Assembly: GCF_006345805.1 (NCBI RefSeq)
Contig: NC_043001.1
Location: forward strand, 100,192,001 to 100,256,000
Source of the DNA: Octopus sinensis
Lineage: Eukaryota
Reading direction: 5' to 3'
Length of the DNA: 64,000 nt
Shown here: positions 50,950 through 64,000 of the stretch, piece after piece
Position numbering within the stretch: the first letter of the stretch is position 1
How the letters are laid out: each line of letters opens with the position of its first letter
Notes under the pieces: generated by a model
Seen by the model: the letters and a program-made list of their open reading frames with translations, nothing else
Database searches by the model: none
What the model was told of the DNA's origin: nothing
Program-made: the position numbers and the translations under genes

Positions 50950-52680
50950 TTCCTAACATGTTCTGGCAGGCTTAAACCTGAACATGGCTTTTCATTGTAC
51001 AAGTCACTGCTTTGCCTCCCCATAATCATTTCATATCAGCTCATTATTCCTTATCACTTATCATCGGTGATTTCTATAGATAAAAACAGTTGTTCCTGTC
51101 CAGCTGGTGTTTATCACAAAAGGGGCACAACCACATTGGAACAATGGGGTCTGATAGTCCACTGACATCACTTGGGACAAGTATGGTTTTTGCACATACT
51201 GTCTGGAATGGTCATTCTCTGAGACAATATACAACAGTAAAATTCCATGTTCACATTTAAGTCTGTTGGAATGTACACAGCATTGTTTGGGTTCTTGCAG
51301 TTTTGTATGCTCTCATGAGAAATTTTGTGTGCATACCATCGTACCAACCTGGAAGCTTCCTCTTCCTTGTCTTGGTCTCAGCTCCATAGAGAAACATGTT
51401 CTCTACTAATGTAAGCTTTGATGATTGTCAGATGTTTAAAGTTTGTTACAAGCACTCCAGACAAGTCCCTTGCATGTAGAGAGGTCATTCTTACTCTCCA
51501 CAACATAGGCCTTTTCTTCCCTGCTGAAGTGATGGTGGGTGGTCTTCCCCTCTGTGACCTGGTGGGCCAGAATCTACTGAGGTCATGGATATCTAAGTAG
51601 TCACTGTCATAGCGTAGTCTAAGGAGGAGGCCCAGTTCCCTTGTGTTGACCTTACAGAACTCCACTTCACTCTCACAGATTATCTGAATGCATTTCTCCA
51701 CAGCAAAATCTATGTCTATAGATGGGTAGAGTGAAATCACCTCCATTCTACCCACTACACAATCTGTGAGCTCATTGGAGTGGTTGCAAGTACTGATTTT
51801 ACTGAGATCTTCTGTGCTCACACAGACATCTGGGGACATCTCTATGAGAGGTCATAACACCTGTGAGAGGAAGTAGGACAGTCTATGGTTGCTGGAGATG
51901 TTTGCTCCACAAACTGGTCTGGCTGGGGGCCCCGCGACAGGGTTTACGTAGGGTTTGTGGTCTTTGCGTAACCCGTATAGTGTAGGATCATCACTGTTGG
52001 ATGCCTGGAAATTGTGTGCCATCCTTTTTATATGTTGGAGTATGTTGCACAACATTCCCATGTGTGCATTGAGAAGTTTTTCCACTCTTCCCTGTTCTTG
52101 TGGTGCAACTTCTCTCATGCTACTGCTGTGTTGCTGCATGGTCTGGACAGGGTTCTGTGGGTTGTCCATTGACAATCTGCCAGACTTGTCCGTAAGGAGG
52201 CACACTAATTCTCTGTTCCTAATTCACTGTTTTAGTTTTTGTAGGCCTTTGTCAACAGATGAGCTGAGTTTGTGGGTCCCTTCCTCGCTATGTTTTTTAG
52301 AGAATTTATTGTATCAGTCTGAAAAATGTTGGAGTCTATTTCTAGCTAAGGAGATCTTTGCTTTTGTTTCACTGTCAATCTGGGGTGGGATACATACCAT
52401 TTTGTTAAAGGGTAAGTCTATGGGGTAGATCCTCGTCATGTCATAGGATTTGTTGTTAGGGTTATTGAAGACAGAGTGTAGAGTGTTATTATCGTTGTGG
52501 TTGTTGTTATAGTTGCCGGTATTGTTGTTGCTGTTGCTGATGGTAGGGGTTGTGTTGTGTCTATTGTTGTGGGTGGGGGTGTGGGGGTGTGTGGGGGGTG
52601 TGTGGATGATGTGGTTGGTATTGTTGTATGGGATGTTGCTGTTGTTGTTGTTGTTGTTACTGTTGCTATCATCATTGTGA
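50950..52680 (-). mobile_element. Penelope-like element, decayed RT region
   Basis: KMVCIPPQID.ETKAKISLARN, PTLYGLRKDHK...PARPVCGANISSNHRLSYFLSQVL, MEVISLYPSIDIDFAVEKC, PIVPMWLCPFC; many stops. Confidence 0.75.
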
Positions 52681-53195
52681 CCAATGCTAGTACCCACCTG
52701 ACTGGCTCCCATGCCAGTGGCATGTAAAAAGCACCCACTATACTCTCAGAGTGGTTGGTGTTAGGAAGAGCATCCAGCTGTAGAAACCATGCCAGATCAG
52801 AATGAGCCTGGTGCAGCCTACTGACACACCAGTCCTCACTCAATCATCATCATTGTTTGACCGTGGTCAAGACAATGGAATTTACTATGTTACACCAGAC
52901 TTCACGGTCCATCATAGCATTACTGAGGTCCTGTTGCTAGATGCCTGTATCCCTGGAGATTACATCAAGGTAGGAGAGTGTGCACCTGCTGGTGTCATGA
53001 GTAGATGGCTTCCAGAGGAGAAGAGTAGAAATAGCCTTGTTTCCAGCTCTACAACAATGTCCAGCAAACTGGACTCTCCTACCTTTCACAAGAGATGATA
53101 CAGCTGGTAGTTTCCCATATATTTGCACTCAATCAAACCATCCAACCCATGCCAGCATGGAAAACAGACGTTAATCGATGATGATGATGATGATA
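52680..53195 (+). mobile_element. RTE 3' tail copy containing a nested insertion
   Basis: Tail core at 52690-52836 resumes at 53126. Confidence 0.85.
52847..53125 (-). mobile_element. 5'-truncated RTE-BovB-like LINE end (second RTE family)
   Basis: RRVQFAGHCCRA...LLLWKP...SYLDVISRDTG...AMMDREVW, (TGA)n tail, 10-bp TSD cactcaatca at 52837-52846 and 53126-53135. Confidence 0.88.
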
Positions 53196-53568
53196 CATAT
53201 ATATACATATATATATTAATACATTTCGTGAAGCGTTAAAGTAATTAAAACCCAAGTTAAAATATTTAGTGCACTGATTGATAGGAGACCAGTTCCACTT
53301 GAGTGGTGATCAGTGCATTTGTTTATAGCTGGTCAACCAACTGTATCTTTTCCTCTTATTCCTTGCTGCCTTTCATTTTGTCGATACAAGTGTGACTGAT
53401 GACAAAGATAATCCAGGAACAGAATTAGTGATAAGTACTTATAGGATCAATTTTCCCCTCATGTATTTTTAATTATTAAGATTGAAGATTTGTTGTGATA
53501 ATTTATGAAATGAGGAATAAGTCTGAATAGATATACTGAAATAAGATGTTTGAAGATATAGAACACAC

Positions 53569-53620
<52 letters not shown>

Positions 53621-53694
53621 CATATGTATATATATATATATACATATACATATATGTGTATATATATGTATACATACATAAATATATATATGTA

Positions 53695-54070
53695 TCATCA
53701 TCATCATCGTTTAACGTCCGTTTTCCGCGCTAGCACGGGTTGGACGGTTCGACCAGGGTCTGGGAAGCCAGGGGCTGCACCAGGCTCCAGTCTGATCTGG
53801 CAGTGTTTCTACAGCTGGATCCCCTTCCTAACGCCAACCACTCTGCAAGTGTAGTGGGTGCTTTTTACGTGCCACCGGCACAGAAGCCAGTTGAGGCGGC
53901 GCTGGCATTGGCCACGTTCGGATGGTGCTTTTTATGTCCCACTGGCACAGAAGCCAGTCGAGGCGGCGCTGGCATTGGCCATGTTCGGATGGTGCTTTTT
54001 ATGTGCCACCGGCACAGGTATCACAACTACTATTTCCATTGATATTTATTTCGATGTTCATGTACTTGAC
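53695..54070 (-). mobile_element. RTE 3'-UTR copy
   Basis: High identity to 40400-40748, with a duplicated ~62-bp unit. Confidence 0.9.
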
Positions 54071-54270
54071 TATATATGTATATATATATATACACACATA
54101 TATATATGTATATATACATATGTATATATGTATATATATATAGATGAGTGTATTTTTACCTTGTTAACAATTAACACGGAAAAATAAATAAATAGTTACC
54201 AGGGCAGCAAAAATACTTGTTTAAACCTGCGTTAACTCCATTTTTTATTCATATGTATATATATATATAT

Positions 54271-54520
54271 TGTGTCGGTGGCACATAAAAACACCATCCG
54301 AGCGTGGCCGTCTGCCAGCCTCGTCTGGCACTGTGTCGGTGGCACATAAAATCACCCACTACACTCTCGGAGTGGTTGGCATTAGGAAGGGCATCCAGCT
54401 GTAGAAACACTGCCAGATCTGACTGGCCTGGTGCAGCCTTCGGGCTCCTCAGACCCCAGTTGAACCGTCCAACGCATGGAAAGCGGACGTTAAATGATGA
54501 TGATGATGATGATGATGATA
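54271..54520 (+). mobile_element. RTE 3'-UTR copy
   Basis: Nearly identical to 40500-40748. Confidence 0.9.
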
Positions 54521-54537
54521 TATGTATGTATATATAC

Positions 54538-54581
<44 letters not shown>

Positions 54582-54731
54582 TATATATATGTTGGGAGAA
54601 TTCACAAAAAAATAAAAGACAAAGACAGGTGGTGTAGAAAACAAACAGATGTATTAGTATAACGCTTGGGAAGTGAAAAAGTCTTTAATATTTCAAGCCT
54701 ATGCTCTTTCACAGAAAGAAACAAGGAGAGA

Positions 54732-54784
<53 letters not shown>

Positions 54785-54785
54785 A

Positions 54786-54930
54786 TGAGCTTCTTTTAGT
54801 TTCCATCTACCAAATCAACATGCAAGATTTTGATCAGCCAGAAGCTATGATTGGAGACATTTGCTCAAGGTGCCATACAGTGGGACTGAACCTACAACCA
54901 ATTGGTTGGGAAGCAAACTTGTCATCATAC
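54786..54930 (-). mobile_element. SINE family A head fragment
   Basis: gtttccatctaccaaatc...tgctcaaggtgccatacagtgggactgaacc. Confidence 0.75.
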
Positions 54931-55044
54931 AGTGATTCCTGATTAACCTCTTTTATGAGTATTTTGCTTCTTAACTACTAAAGCCTTCATCTCATTGCAT
55001 AACACTTTCACCAAGTGCCATCTAACAATATCATTTTCATTCTT

Positions 55045-55285
55045 ATGAGGGTGGCCAGCTGGCAGAAACGTTAGCACACTGGGTGAAATGCTCAGCAGTA
55101 TTTCGTCTGCTGTTATGTTCTGAGTTCAAATTCTGTTGAGGTCTACTTTGCCTTTCATCCTTTTGGGATCAATTAAAAAAGTACCAGTTCTGCACTGGAG
55201 TTGATGTAATTGACTTAATCCCTTTGTTTGTCCTTGTCTGTCCCCTCTACGTTTAGCCCCCTGTGGGCAATAACAACATAAGTAT
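55045..55285 (+). mobile_element. SINE family B, full length
   Basis: ggtggccagctggcagaaacgttagcac...ctgagttcaaattctgttgaggtctactttgcctttcatcc...tcccctctacgtttagccccctgtgggcaataa. Confidence 0.88.
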
Positions 55286-55634
55286 AATTTTCGTTGACCA
55301 TTCATTTCTGAGTGAAATTTGGTTGAGAAAATGTTTGTGGAGACCACCATGCATATTGTTGTATGTTTTTATTCTATTTTCTACGTTTGCACAGGTTGGT
55401 TGGATACATATCCGAGACAGCGTATCATGATAGGATGCTTTTTCTGTCACCAACATTTATCTGTTTTGCAAGTAAAAGGATTTTTTTATTCTGCTAAACT
55501 TCAAAATTGCAGAGTTACAGAATATGATGTTCATCAGGAATGTAAACTGTCTGAAGACAAAATTAGTTTCCTCTTAGGCAATAACCACCCTAATCACAGA
55601 TTCTTTACTGCTATTTACCATTAATTTATATGGC

Positions 55635-55672
<38 letters not shown>

Positions 55673-55764
55673 CAAGGTATTCTTGTTATTGTAATGCTTA
55701 TTATCTGTTTCAGTATGATGTATTATTGTGTTTCATAATGTGTTACTTTTGATATGCTTTGATA

Positions 55765-55975
55765 TAAGGGCAGGGAACTGGCAGAATTGTTAACACATCA
55801 TGCATAATACATTCTGAGTTTGAATTTTCTGCTGAGGTCAGTTTTGCCTTTCATCCTTTTGAAGTTGATGAGATAAGCCCCAGTTGAACATTGAGGGTTG
55901 ATGGAATTGATTTACCCCACCCCACCCCACCTCACCCCAAAATTACTTGCCTTGTACTAAAACTTTGAAACAAAT
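55765..55975 (+). mobile_element. SINE family B
   Basis: ggaactggcagaattgttaac...gaggtcagttttgcctttcatccttttgaagttgatgag. Confidence 0.75.
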
Positions 55976-56084
55976 CTCTATTGACACAATAACTTCATAT
56001 CTAACAGACAGATATGAAGAATGATTCTTTTTGATACATGTAGAGTACCTAAAAGAGCTGTCTCAAGTTCCTTATTCTTATATA

Positions 56085-56410
56085 TCATCATCATCATCAT
56101 TTAACGTCAGTTTTCCATGCTGGCTGGCATGGGTTTGGCAGGATCCAGCCAGGTGAGAAGACTGCACCTGGCTTCACTGTCTGGTTTTATGGCTGGATGC
56201 TCTTCTTGACCTCAACCACTTTATGGTGTGGAATGGATGCTTTTTACCTGGCATCAGCACTGGTGGGGGTCACCAAGTAAATCGAGAGACAAAGATCCTT
56301 TGTGAGGTAGGGGGTGGTGGCACTGGAGGAGGTGACCTGTGCCAGGTGATGAGAGGTCAGAGTGTGACAGAGGGAAAGAAACAGGTGTCTTGGTTATCTC
56401 AGTTAGAGGG
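56085..56410 (-). mobile_element. RTE-tail variant family
   Basis: (atc)n tail, ggctggatgctcttc core, shared segment with 45705-46225. Confidence 0.65.
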
Positions 56411-56415
56411 AGGGT

Positions 56416-56448
<33 letters not shown>

Positions 56449-56480
56449 AGAGAAAGAGAAAGAGAGAGAGAGAGAAAGAT

Positions 56481-56523
<43 letters not shown>

Positions 56524-57234
56524 TTAAAAAAAACAGAGAAAACACTGTGTAATGTACCCCCAGATACACTAAGCATGGAAACAAGGGAGGTTGAGATAAA
56601 ATACTGTGATGTATATGTCTTTCTAGGAGTATATGTGAAGTGAAGATGAATTCATCTCAGTTTGAGTAGCTTACTTGAAGCATTCTGTTGCTTGACCAGA
56701 ACAGATATTACAAACAAGCCAGCCTGCTGCTTCTCATCTTACTTTCACCATCATTTCCCGCAGCAGCACATAAAACCAGAAGCAATTCACGAATGTCAGA
56801 TCAACAACAAGTATTTCCTATAAGTTATTCAAGAAGAAGCACCACAAAATTACGGCAGGCAAATAAAGATTCGTCTGTTTCAGAATAAATAATCACTCAC
56901 AAAAGGAAATGGTTTAGAAATAAATGAAGCATTCAACCGATTCAGAAATAGCTCTGATAAATATTAGAAGAAGTAGAAATTTGAAACATCATTCTATGAA
57001 TGAGAAAAAAGGACGAAATACTGAAGACAATCAATGCCAACAATGTCTGTAAGCCATGAAACAAAAGAATTCATGGAAAGCTACTTAGAATCAGATAAAA
57101 AAAAATACAACACAAGTCATAAAATTTCAACCTCCAGAACTACTGTAGGAAATATTAGGGGTTTGACCAATATTTTGTGAATAAAATCTGATGGACAGAA
57201 ACTGTGCAGAAGCCTATTATGCATATATGTATAC

Positions 57235-57545
57235 ATACATATAAATATGCATGCATGCATGCATGCATACATACATACATACATACATACATACATACAT
57301 ACATACATACATACATACATACATACATTCACACATACATACACATGCACAGACACTCATACATACATGCATGCTCACATACATGCATACATATATACAT
57401 ACATACATACATACATACATACATGCATGCACACATACATGCATACATACATACATACATACATACATACATACATACATACATACACACATACATACAC
57501 ACGCGCACACACTCATACATACATACATGCATACACACATACATA
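57235..57545. repeat. (CATA)n/(CATG)n compound array
   Basis: Direct inspection; preceded by a SINE A fragment at ~57160-57225. Confidence 0.95.
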
Positions 57546-57955
57546 GCCTCTCTTGGACTCATGACTGCTACCTTACATCGAACTTCAAAGGTTCTGCATT
57601 TACAATCCAAGAACAAGAGATTACTATGAAATATCGATTCCCCAAAAGAGATAGTGAACCCTTTTCACCTCCAAGATGCAACTAAAAATGGAGAGTATGT
57701 CATATTTCTGTGGAAGACATCCCACATGGGATTAGCAGTTGCTCATAAAAATGTCATCAAGTCACTACTTCCTTATGCAAAAACAACATACCATGTCTTT
57801 GAGACAGAAGACTGTCCTGGAATAAATATAGAGAATTCACTTATTTTATTGAATTTTAAAGATGATACCTATATCATTTGGGCAATGTTGAAGGAATATT
57901 TTCCACATCATACAGATGATGTAGCACTCACGGTAGCATTGGAGGGAGCTTTTTG
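57546..57955 (+). mobile_element. R4/Dong-type LINE 3' fragment
   Basis: SLSWTHDCYLTSNFKGSAFTIQEQEITMKY...CN*KWRVCHISVEDIPHGISSC; same family motifs as 28322-28985. Confidence 0.75.
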
Positions 57956-58394
57956 AATCAATCCCAATAGTCAAGGCTTGTCATGTCATCTTTTTTTTTT
58001 GTGATTGATCTCTGGGAGCTTCAATTATCATAATATTCTGTATCATGTGGAAGGAACCACAGCAGACAACAGTATTCAAGGTGAGGGTGAGCAAAAGTAG
58101 AGAAAAGTAGGGTAATGGTAGGGGTGTCTCTAGACCAGAAAGTCCTGAGGATCCAGAAAAACTGCCCTGTGAGCCATGTCAACTTTGCTGTTTATGTGAT
58201 CACTCCATCTTATCATTATCATCATATATATATCTTCTGTAGTTGTTGGTTATGGTTAGTCAGAAAGTTAACATTGATATCATGTATATCATTACACTTA
58301 GCAATATAGACGACATATCAGAGCTGCTAGCTAGAGTCACGTAGACTTTTTACATGCATAAATTCACACATACATATATATATATATGCCTACA

Positions 58395-58775
58395 TACTCT
58401 TTTACTCTTTACTCTTCTACTTGTTTCAGAGATTTGACTGTGGCCATGCTGAAGCACCACCTTTAGTCGAGCAAATCGACCCCAGGACTTATTCTTTGTA
58501 AGCCTAGTACTTATTCTATCGGTCTCTTTTGCAGAACCGCTAAGTTACGGGGACGTAAACACACCAGCATCGGTTGTCAAGCGATGTTGGGAGGACAAAC
58601 ACAGACACACAAACACACACACACATATATATACATATACATATATAAGACGGGCTTCTTTCAGTTTCCATCTACCAAATCCACTCACAATGCTTTGGTC
58701 GGCCCGAGGCTATAGTAGAAGACACATGCCCAAGGTGCCATGCAATGGGACTGAACCTGGAACCATATGGTTGAA
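58395..58775 (-). mobile_element. SINE family A
   Basis: (actctttt)n tail through the B-box region; high identity to the other copies. Confidence 0.9.
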
Positions 58776-58834
58776 GCCCATGCACTTAATCTTATTGATT
58801 AGCAGCATATCCACAGATGAACTTCGATATGTAG

Positions 58835-59578
58835 GCAAAATTTAGGTGACATGGTAGTAAGATGTGGGCCCTGAATGCAGAAGACATGATGCAAAGGCTT
58901 AGGGGAGGAATGAAGCTAGTCTGCTCTGTTGGATGTGTAATGTCAATTTATAAGAGAGTGCTAAGTGTGTTGAGAGAAAAGTTAGGCATGAGAGGAATTC
59001 GATGCAATGTGCAAGAGAGAAGATGACTGTGCTGGTTTGGTCATGTGATGTGTAATGGAAGAAGACAATTGCATAAAGAAGTGCCAATTGCTTAAAATGG
59101 ATGGAAGTTATTGAGTGGGAAGACCCAGAAAGACATGAGACGAAGTACTGAAGGCTGATCTCAAAACACTGAGCCTTACAAAAGAGATGTCAGTGGACTG
59201 AGGTTTGTGGCACATCCCTGTACACATGAAGACCTGCCCACCACAGAAGAATTGATATCCTTAAACCAAGGTGCTACACATAAAGCACTGATGTTGATGC
59301 TGGTGCCACGTAAAAAGCACTGGTGACTGTGCCACTTAAAAAGCACTGTTGATGGTACCACAAAAAAAAAAACTGTTGATGGTGCTACCTAAAAGGCACC
59401 CAGTACAATCTGTAAAGTGGTTGGCATTGGGAAGGACATCCAGCCATAGAATCGAAGTCAAAACAGACGATGAAGCCTGGTGCATCCCCTAGGGTCATCT
59501 GCTCCAGCCAAGCCATCCAACCCATGCCAGCATGGAAAACAGATGTTCAATGATGATGATGATGATGATGATGTCGAT
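58835..59578 (+). mobile_element. Older RTE LINE 3' fragment with tandem-unit 3' UTR
   Basis: HGSKMWALNAEDM...NEASLLCWMCNV...GRPRKT, repeated gcactg.tgatg.tgccac.taaaaa units, core ggttggcattgggaaggacatccagc, (gat)n. Confidence 0.85.
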
Positions 59579-62500
59579 GATTTTTTGCAGCACTCTACTT
59601 TCCAAAATCCATTTCAACTATGAAAGGCACAGAAATTGTGATAATATTACAAGTGAAAGAATCTTTTTTGTTCTACGATACTTGACGAATAAAACATGAA
59701 GGAACCATTTGATATCAGTTTGATATCAAAAGACTCTGAAGATATCAGTTATATCGTTGGCTTATAACATATCATTAGGTTTAGTTATAAAATTCCACTT
59801 GGTTTCAGGTGGTTTCATAGAAATGATGGATCACTCTTTCTCAGAATCTTCAACCTACATCAAACCCAGATGGAGTCAGTGGGAAAAAGTGACATTTCTT
59901 CTTTAAAACCTTAAACTTCTCTATTACAGTTGCTGCACACTTAAAAACCGGTTGGGACTTAAAAACATATAAACTTCAATTTACAAGTCTTATGAAAAAG
60001 AGAAAAGGGAAAAATTTTATCATCATCATCATCATTATCATCGTTGTCATCATCACCATCATCACCATCACCATCATTATTGCAGCCGCCGGGATTGACA
60101 TCAGATTGTAGACTGTTTAACATAGTTAGATTTTAAAGAGAATCTCGAAACCACTGCTCCACAATCTCAGAAATTCCTTCCATAATGATTTAAGTATCTG
60201 TATGACTTCTCTGACAACATATGTCTATTTGTTTTAATTAGGGAAATGACTGATTGGATGTTTAGAATAGAAACCATTCTAAGCTGTGCCCAGTGACAAC
60301 ACCATGGAAGTTTCATGTCAAGGATTCATTGCCACTTATCCTTAACTGAGAAAATGTTCATATTATGAAATCTTTCGATGTGTTAGGCCAGAGCTATTCA
60401 AATAAATCCTAGCAAACATACAGCTTAATATCTTTGGTCTTGTATAAACCACCTTAACCAATATAAGATTGTTTTTGACTTAGGGTTGGGCAGACCATTC
60501 TGGGAAGCTTCCTTCATTAATTTTTCTAAGCACTTTTCTGAAGAAGAACTCTCATCACCACCATTTGAGCGGTATGTCCATTCTTCCTACCATTTTGCCG
60601 ATTATCTCATTAATCTATCAACAGTAATCCCTTTAACTCTATCTTTGATTCTCATTGCTTTACTTGAGGTCACCTTTATTAAGTTTTTATCAGTTCCATT
60701 TTATTTTACCATCCCTGCTTTTAATCTCATTTTTAATCCTATTTTTAAGAGCTATTTTGATTTCTTTAAAAAAATCTGTATTTTATAAGTTTATGAATTT
60801 ACATTTACAAATAAATTTTCATATATTTATAATTTTTTACCATGTTTTCTTTCACATATTTTTTACATAGATATTTTTCATGAGATAAAAAATTTTTGCA
60901 AAAAGCATTTTATTTATCACTTTTACAATCATCTATGTCACCTTTTAAGATTCATCAGCTAATTCCATTTATTTCCTATCTTTCCTGCACAGTTCATTAA
61001 TTACCCATTGACTTAATGTAACACATCATGCTTTCATGTTTTCTAATATGCATCATTCTATCAGTATCACATTAGAATATGGTTTAGTTATTCATTGAGC
61101 ATGCATCAGTGTGAAGCAGTGTATGTGAAAGTGTGCGCACATACGCATGTGGGTGAAGAACAGAATCGAAATGGGAATATGAAGAATAAGAAGACATTTT
61201 TATTATTTTACAAATTTGTATTTTATCAGTTTTTATAGTTTTATATTTCTATGAATTTATGATTTTAATCACGTTTTAAATCTGTTTTTCAATGGACAAA
61301 GAAAGATTTTTTTTAAGGACCATATGTTTTTAGCAACAAAGTAAAAATACTTTATTTACCAAACAATCAAACAGAAAATAGAAAGACAGGACGATTCTTT
61401 CCTCACTGTGTCAAATTAGGACCCAGGATTATTTTCAAGCATTTTGCAATTTTTTACTTTTTTAGAGAAGAAGATATTTTTACTGGTTGTACTTAATCCA
61501 GCATTCGCTGCCATCTGAAGATTAGAAATGGAAAACATGGAGAAATGGTTTGCAAAATTTTCACTTTGCCATATATAAAAAAATTAAAACTCTGCAAGAC
61601 ACATTCTAAACTCATTTTTTACCTTCTTGTTCATATCATTCTTTTGGTGTGATTCTTGATATCTTATATGTAGATATCTGTCTGTCTGTGAATTTGTATC
61701 CATGTCTGCAGTATTGTTTGTGATGTAAAGACTGATGTGATATTCTGTAACTAATCAGTTCAACAAACAGAGATTGACAAATGCAAGACTGAAAGAAGCC
61801 CTGGGTGTTGCAATGATCCTTAAACTTTTGCAGTTGATGCTTCAGTATGGCCACAACCCAATGACTGAAAGAATAATATATTTGTTCTGACCGGATCAAA
61901 AGTATTCCAATTCTGAGCATCAATTTTTTTCCAGAGGAATTGAAGACCACATCATCCAATATATCTTTCACTGTTTTTCTTGAAATAAGGAGATTTGAGG
62001 GTGAAGGGTTGACTGCTATTTCTAGCTGTTCAAATGGTTGCATATAAACTCCCACATCAGCTTCATTATATGTTGTTTATATAGCAATGTTTATCCAACA
62101 AGCAATAACAATGCCCTGCATTTATGTCATCAGCCATAGTATCACCAAACTTGAAATTCAGCTCTAATATCTAAACCTGACCAAAAGGATATTGCTGGAA
62201 TTGGCAATCTGACAGGATTCTTGCTCCAACAACAACAACAACATCCCAATCATCAGTGTTTTGACGAACCGCACTGACTGCAGTTTCATCAATGATGCTC
62301 TGCTGCAACCGTGACTGCTGTCATTTGTCTTGAGTGCTACTAGATTGCTACTAATTCATTGTTGTACTAATCACAGTTTCAACATTGGTGCTTCAGTGAA
62401 ACTCTGACTGTTTTAATGCTAGTCTCATTGATATACTAACAACTAAATCAGAATGCAATAATTTCTGGATTGACTACAGTTTCAGTGACATCTTTTTGCA

Positions 62501-62597
62501 TCTTAATTCAGTCTTCCTTACAATCTCCATCTATTCTCTTCTTAAACACTGATGACAGGATTTTGATGCATAATTGCCTCCTTGACCATAATTCATT

Positions 62598-63240
62598 ATC
62601 ATCATCATCATCATCATCGTTTAACGTCCGCTTCCCATGCTAGCATGGGTTGGACGATTTGACTGAGGTCTGGTGAACCAGATGGCTGCACCAGGCTCCA
62701 AGCTGATCTGGCAGTGTTTCTACAGCTGAATGCCCTTCCTAACGCCAACCACTCTGAGAGTGTAGTGGGTGCTTTTATGTGCCAGTTAGGTGGTACTGGC
62801 AATGGCTATGCTCAAATGGTGCTTTTTATGTGCCACCTGCACAGGAACCAGTCCAGCGGCACTGGCAACGACCTCGTTTGAATGTTTTTTTTCACGTGCC
62901 ACCAGCACAAGTGCTAGTAAGGTGATGCAGGTAAAAATCATGCTCGAATGGTGTTTTTAATGTGCCATCGGCACAGAGGCCAGCTTCTTGCTCTGGCAAC
63001 GATCTTACTCATATGGTACTCTTAGCGCTCCACTAGCAACGGATGCCAGTCACTGAGTTTGATTTCGATTTCAATTCCACTTGCCTCAACAGGTCTTCGA
63101 AAGCAGAGTTTAGTGTCCAATGAAGGAAAGGCATGCATAAGTGGACTGGTTACACCCCTGACATAGGCCAAGAAGGTTATGGTCTCACTTGCGCTTGCCG
63201 AGTCTTCTCAAGCACAGCATATTTCCAGAGGTCCCGGTCA
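62598..63240 (-). mobile_element. RTE LINE 3' end (last codons plus full UTR)
   Basis: gaccgggacctctggaaatatgctgtgcttgagaagactcgg (DRDLWKYAVLEKTR) followed by the UTR and (atc)n. Confidence 0.9.
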
Positions 63241-64000
63241 CTTTCATTTCTATTCCTATCAAAGATCAACAGCAAACCTAATTTCACTACAACACTGACC
63301 TTAGTTTTGGGGTGGGGCTCACAGAGACTAAGTTTAGTAAAAAGAAGGAATTAATGCCAGCTGAATAGTGACAATAATTCTCAATGTTAGACCAGACTCT
63401 ATAGACGAAGACTAATGAATTTTTTTATCATTACTCCATCATTATATAACTAAATCACGGCACTGCTTCATCTCATAATCACCTTTCCACTGTACCGTTC
63501 TATAGAAGCACTGTGTGCTCTCCCTAACAGATAATATATGGCATCAAGAGACTTTCTCAGATATCTCACTTGCAAAAGAAAAAATATTCAACTTAATCAA
63601 AACCAAAGCAATCACCAAAGTGAAATTATTTTCATATTTCAATCTTTGTTAAGTTAATTAAAATGCAGACCATCTTGTCAATGATTAAGTTAATTAAAAC
63701 ACAGATCAACTTGCCACTGATTAAGTGACAGAAGATGAAAGAAATAAAGCATTTAATTAATCCCGTTGTTTTGGTGTATAATTGTTGACAGAAAATTTTG
63801 TCTCCAAGAAACCTTATTATCTCTCATGAAAATGGTATTAGAGAACAAGGGTGCTCATTGGTTAAAGAGGTGTCTTTTATGAAGAATATGCTGCAAGAGA
63901 GAAACTGTATTCTTAATGATCAAATTGATCAAATGATGATGATGGTTTATTTCGTATCATTGTAATGATGTTTAATTATTTATGATATGGCTTACATCAA

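Noticed and set aside
53385-53430. CTGATGA...GAAC near the Penelope relic
   Set aside because: Core is GAAC rather than GAAA and no stems can be drawn.
61760-61890. KQRLTNARLKEALGVAM on the plus strand, reminiscent of the hAT dimerisation domain
   Set aside because: The diagnostic ER.FS motif is not recoverable and there is no other hAT context.
52680-63100. Repeated units with spacers in RTE UTR copies, superficially CRISPR-like
   Set aside because: Eukaryotic DNA; the units are degenerate tandem repeats of a LINE UTR without unique spacers or cas genes.

Overview
AT-rich, microsatellite-dense animal genomic DNA. The SINE and LINE repertoire looks like Octopus (recognised from memory, not from a search). 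The window is almost entirely intronic or intergenic: two or three tRNA-derived SINE families, a 5'-truncated RTE LINE with an internal PHD-type finger (38167-40748) plus about a dozen copies of its 3' end, and relics of CR1, Penelope, restriction-like-endonuclease (R4/Dong-type) LINEs and Ty3/gypsy gag. DNA transposons are a deleted mariner, hAT and piggyBac MITEs, and a non-autonomous Helitron. Nearly all ORFs in the supplied track are microsatellite or repeat artefacts. No host gene can be named; several short splice-site-bounded open segments are low-confidence exon candidates. The most interesting observation is a pair of mutually divergent retroelements (1403-3124 +, ~24381-25705 -). Both carry an L1/Tx1-like ORF1 (zinc knuckle only in the first), share a C-terminal domain I do not recognise, and lack ORF2. 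They end in a tail resembling that of a local SINE family, and both sit in or against SINE heads. They may represent an ORF1-only (HAL1-like) non-autonomous family.
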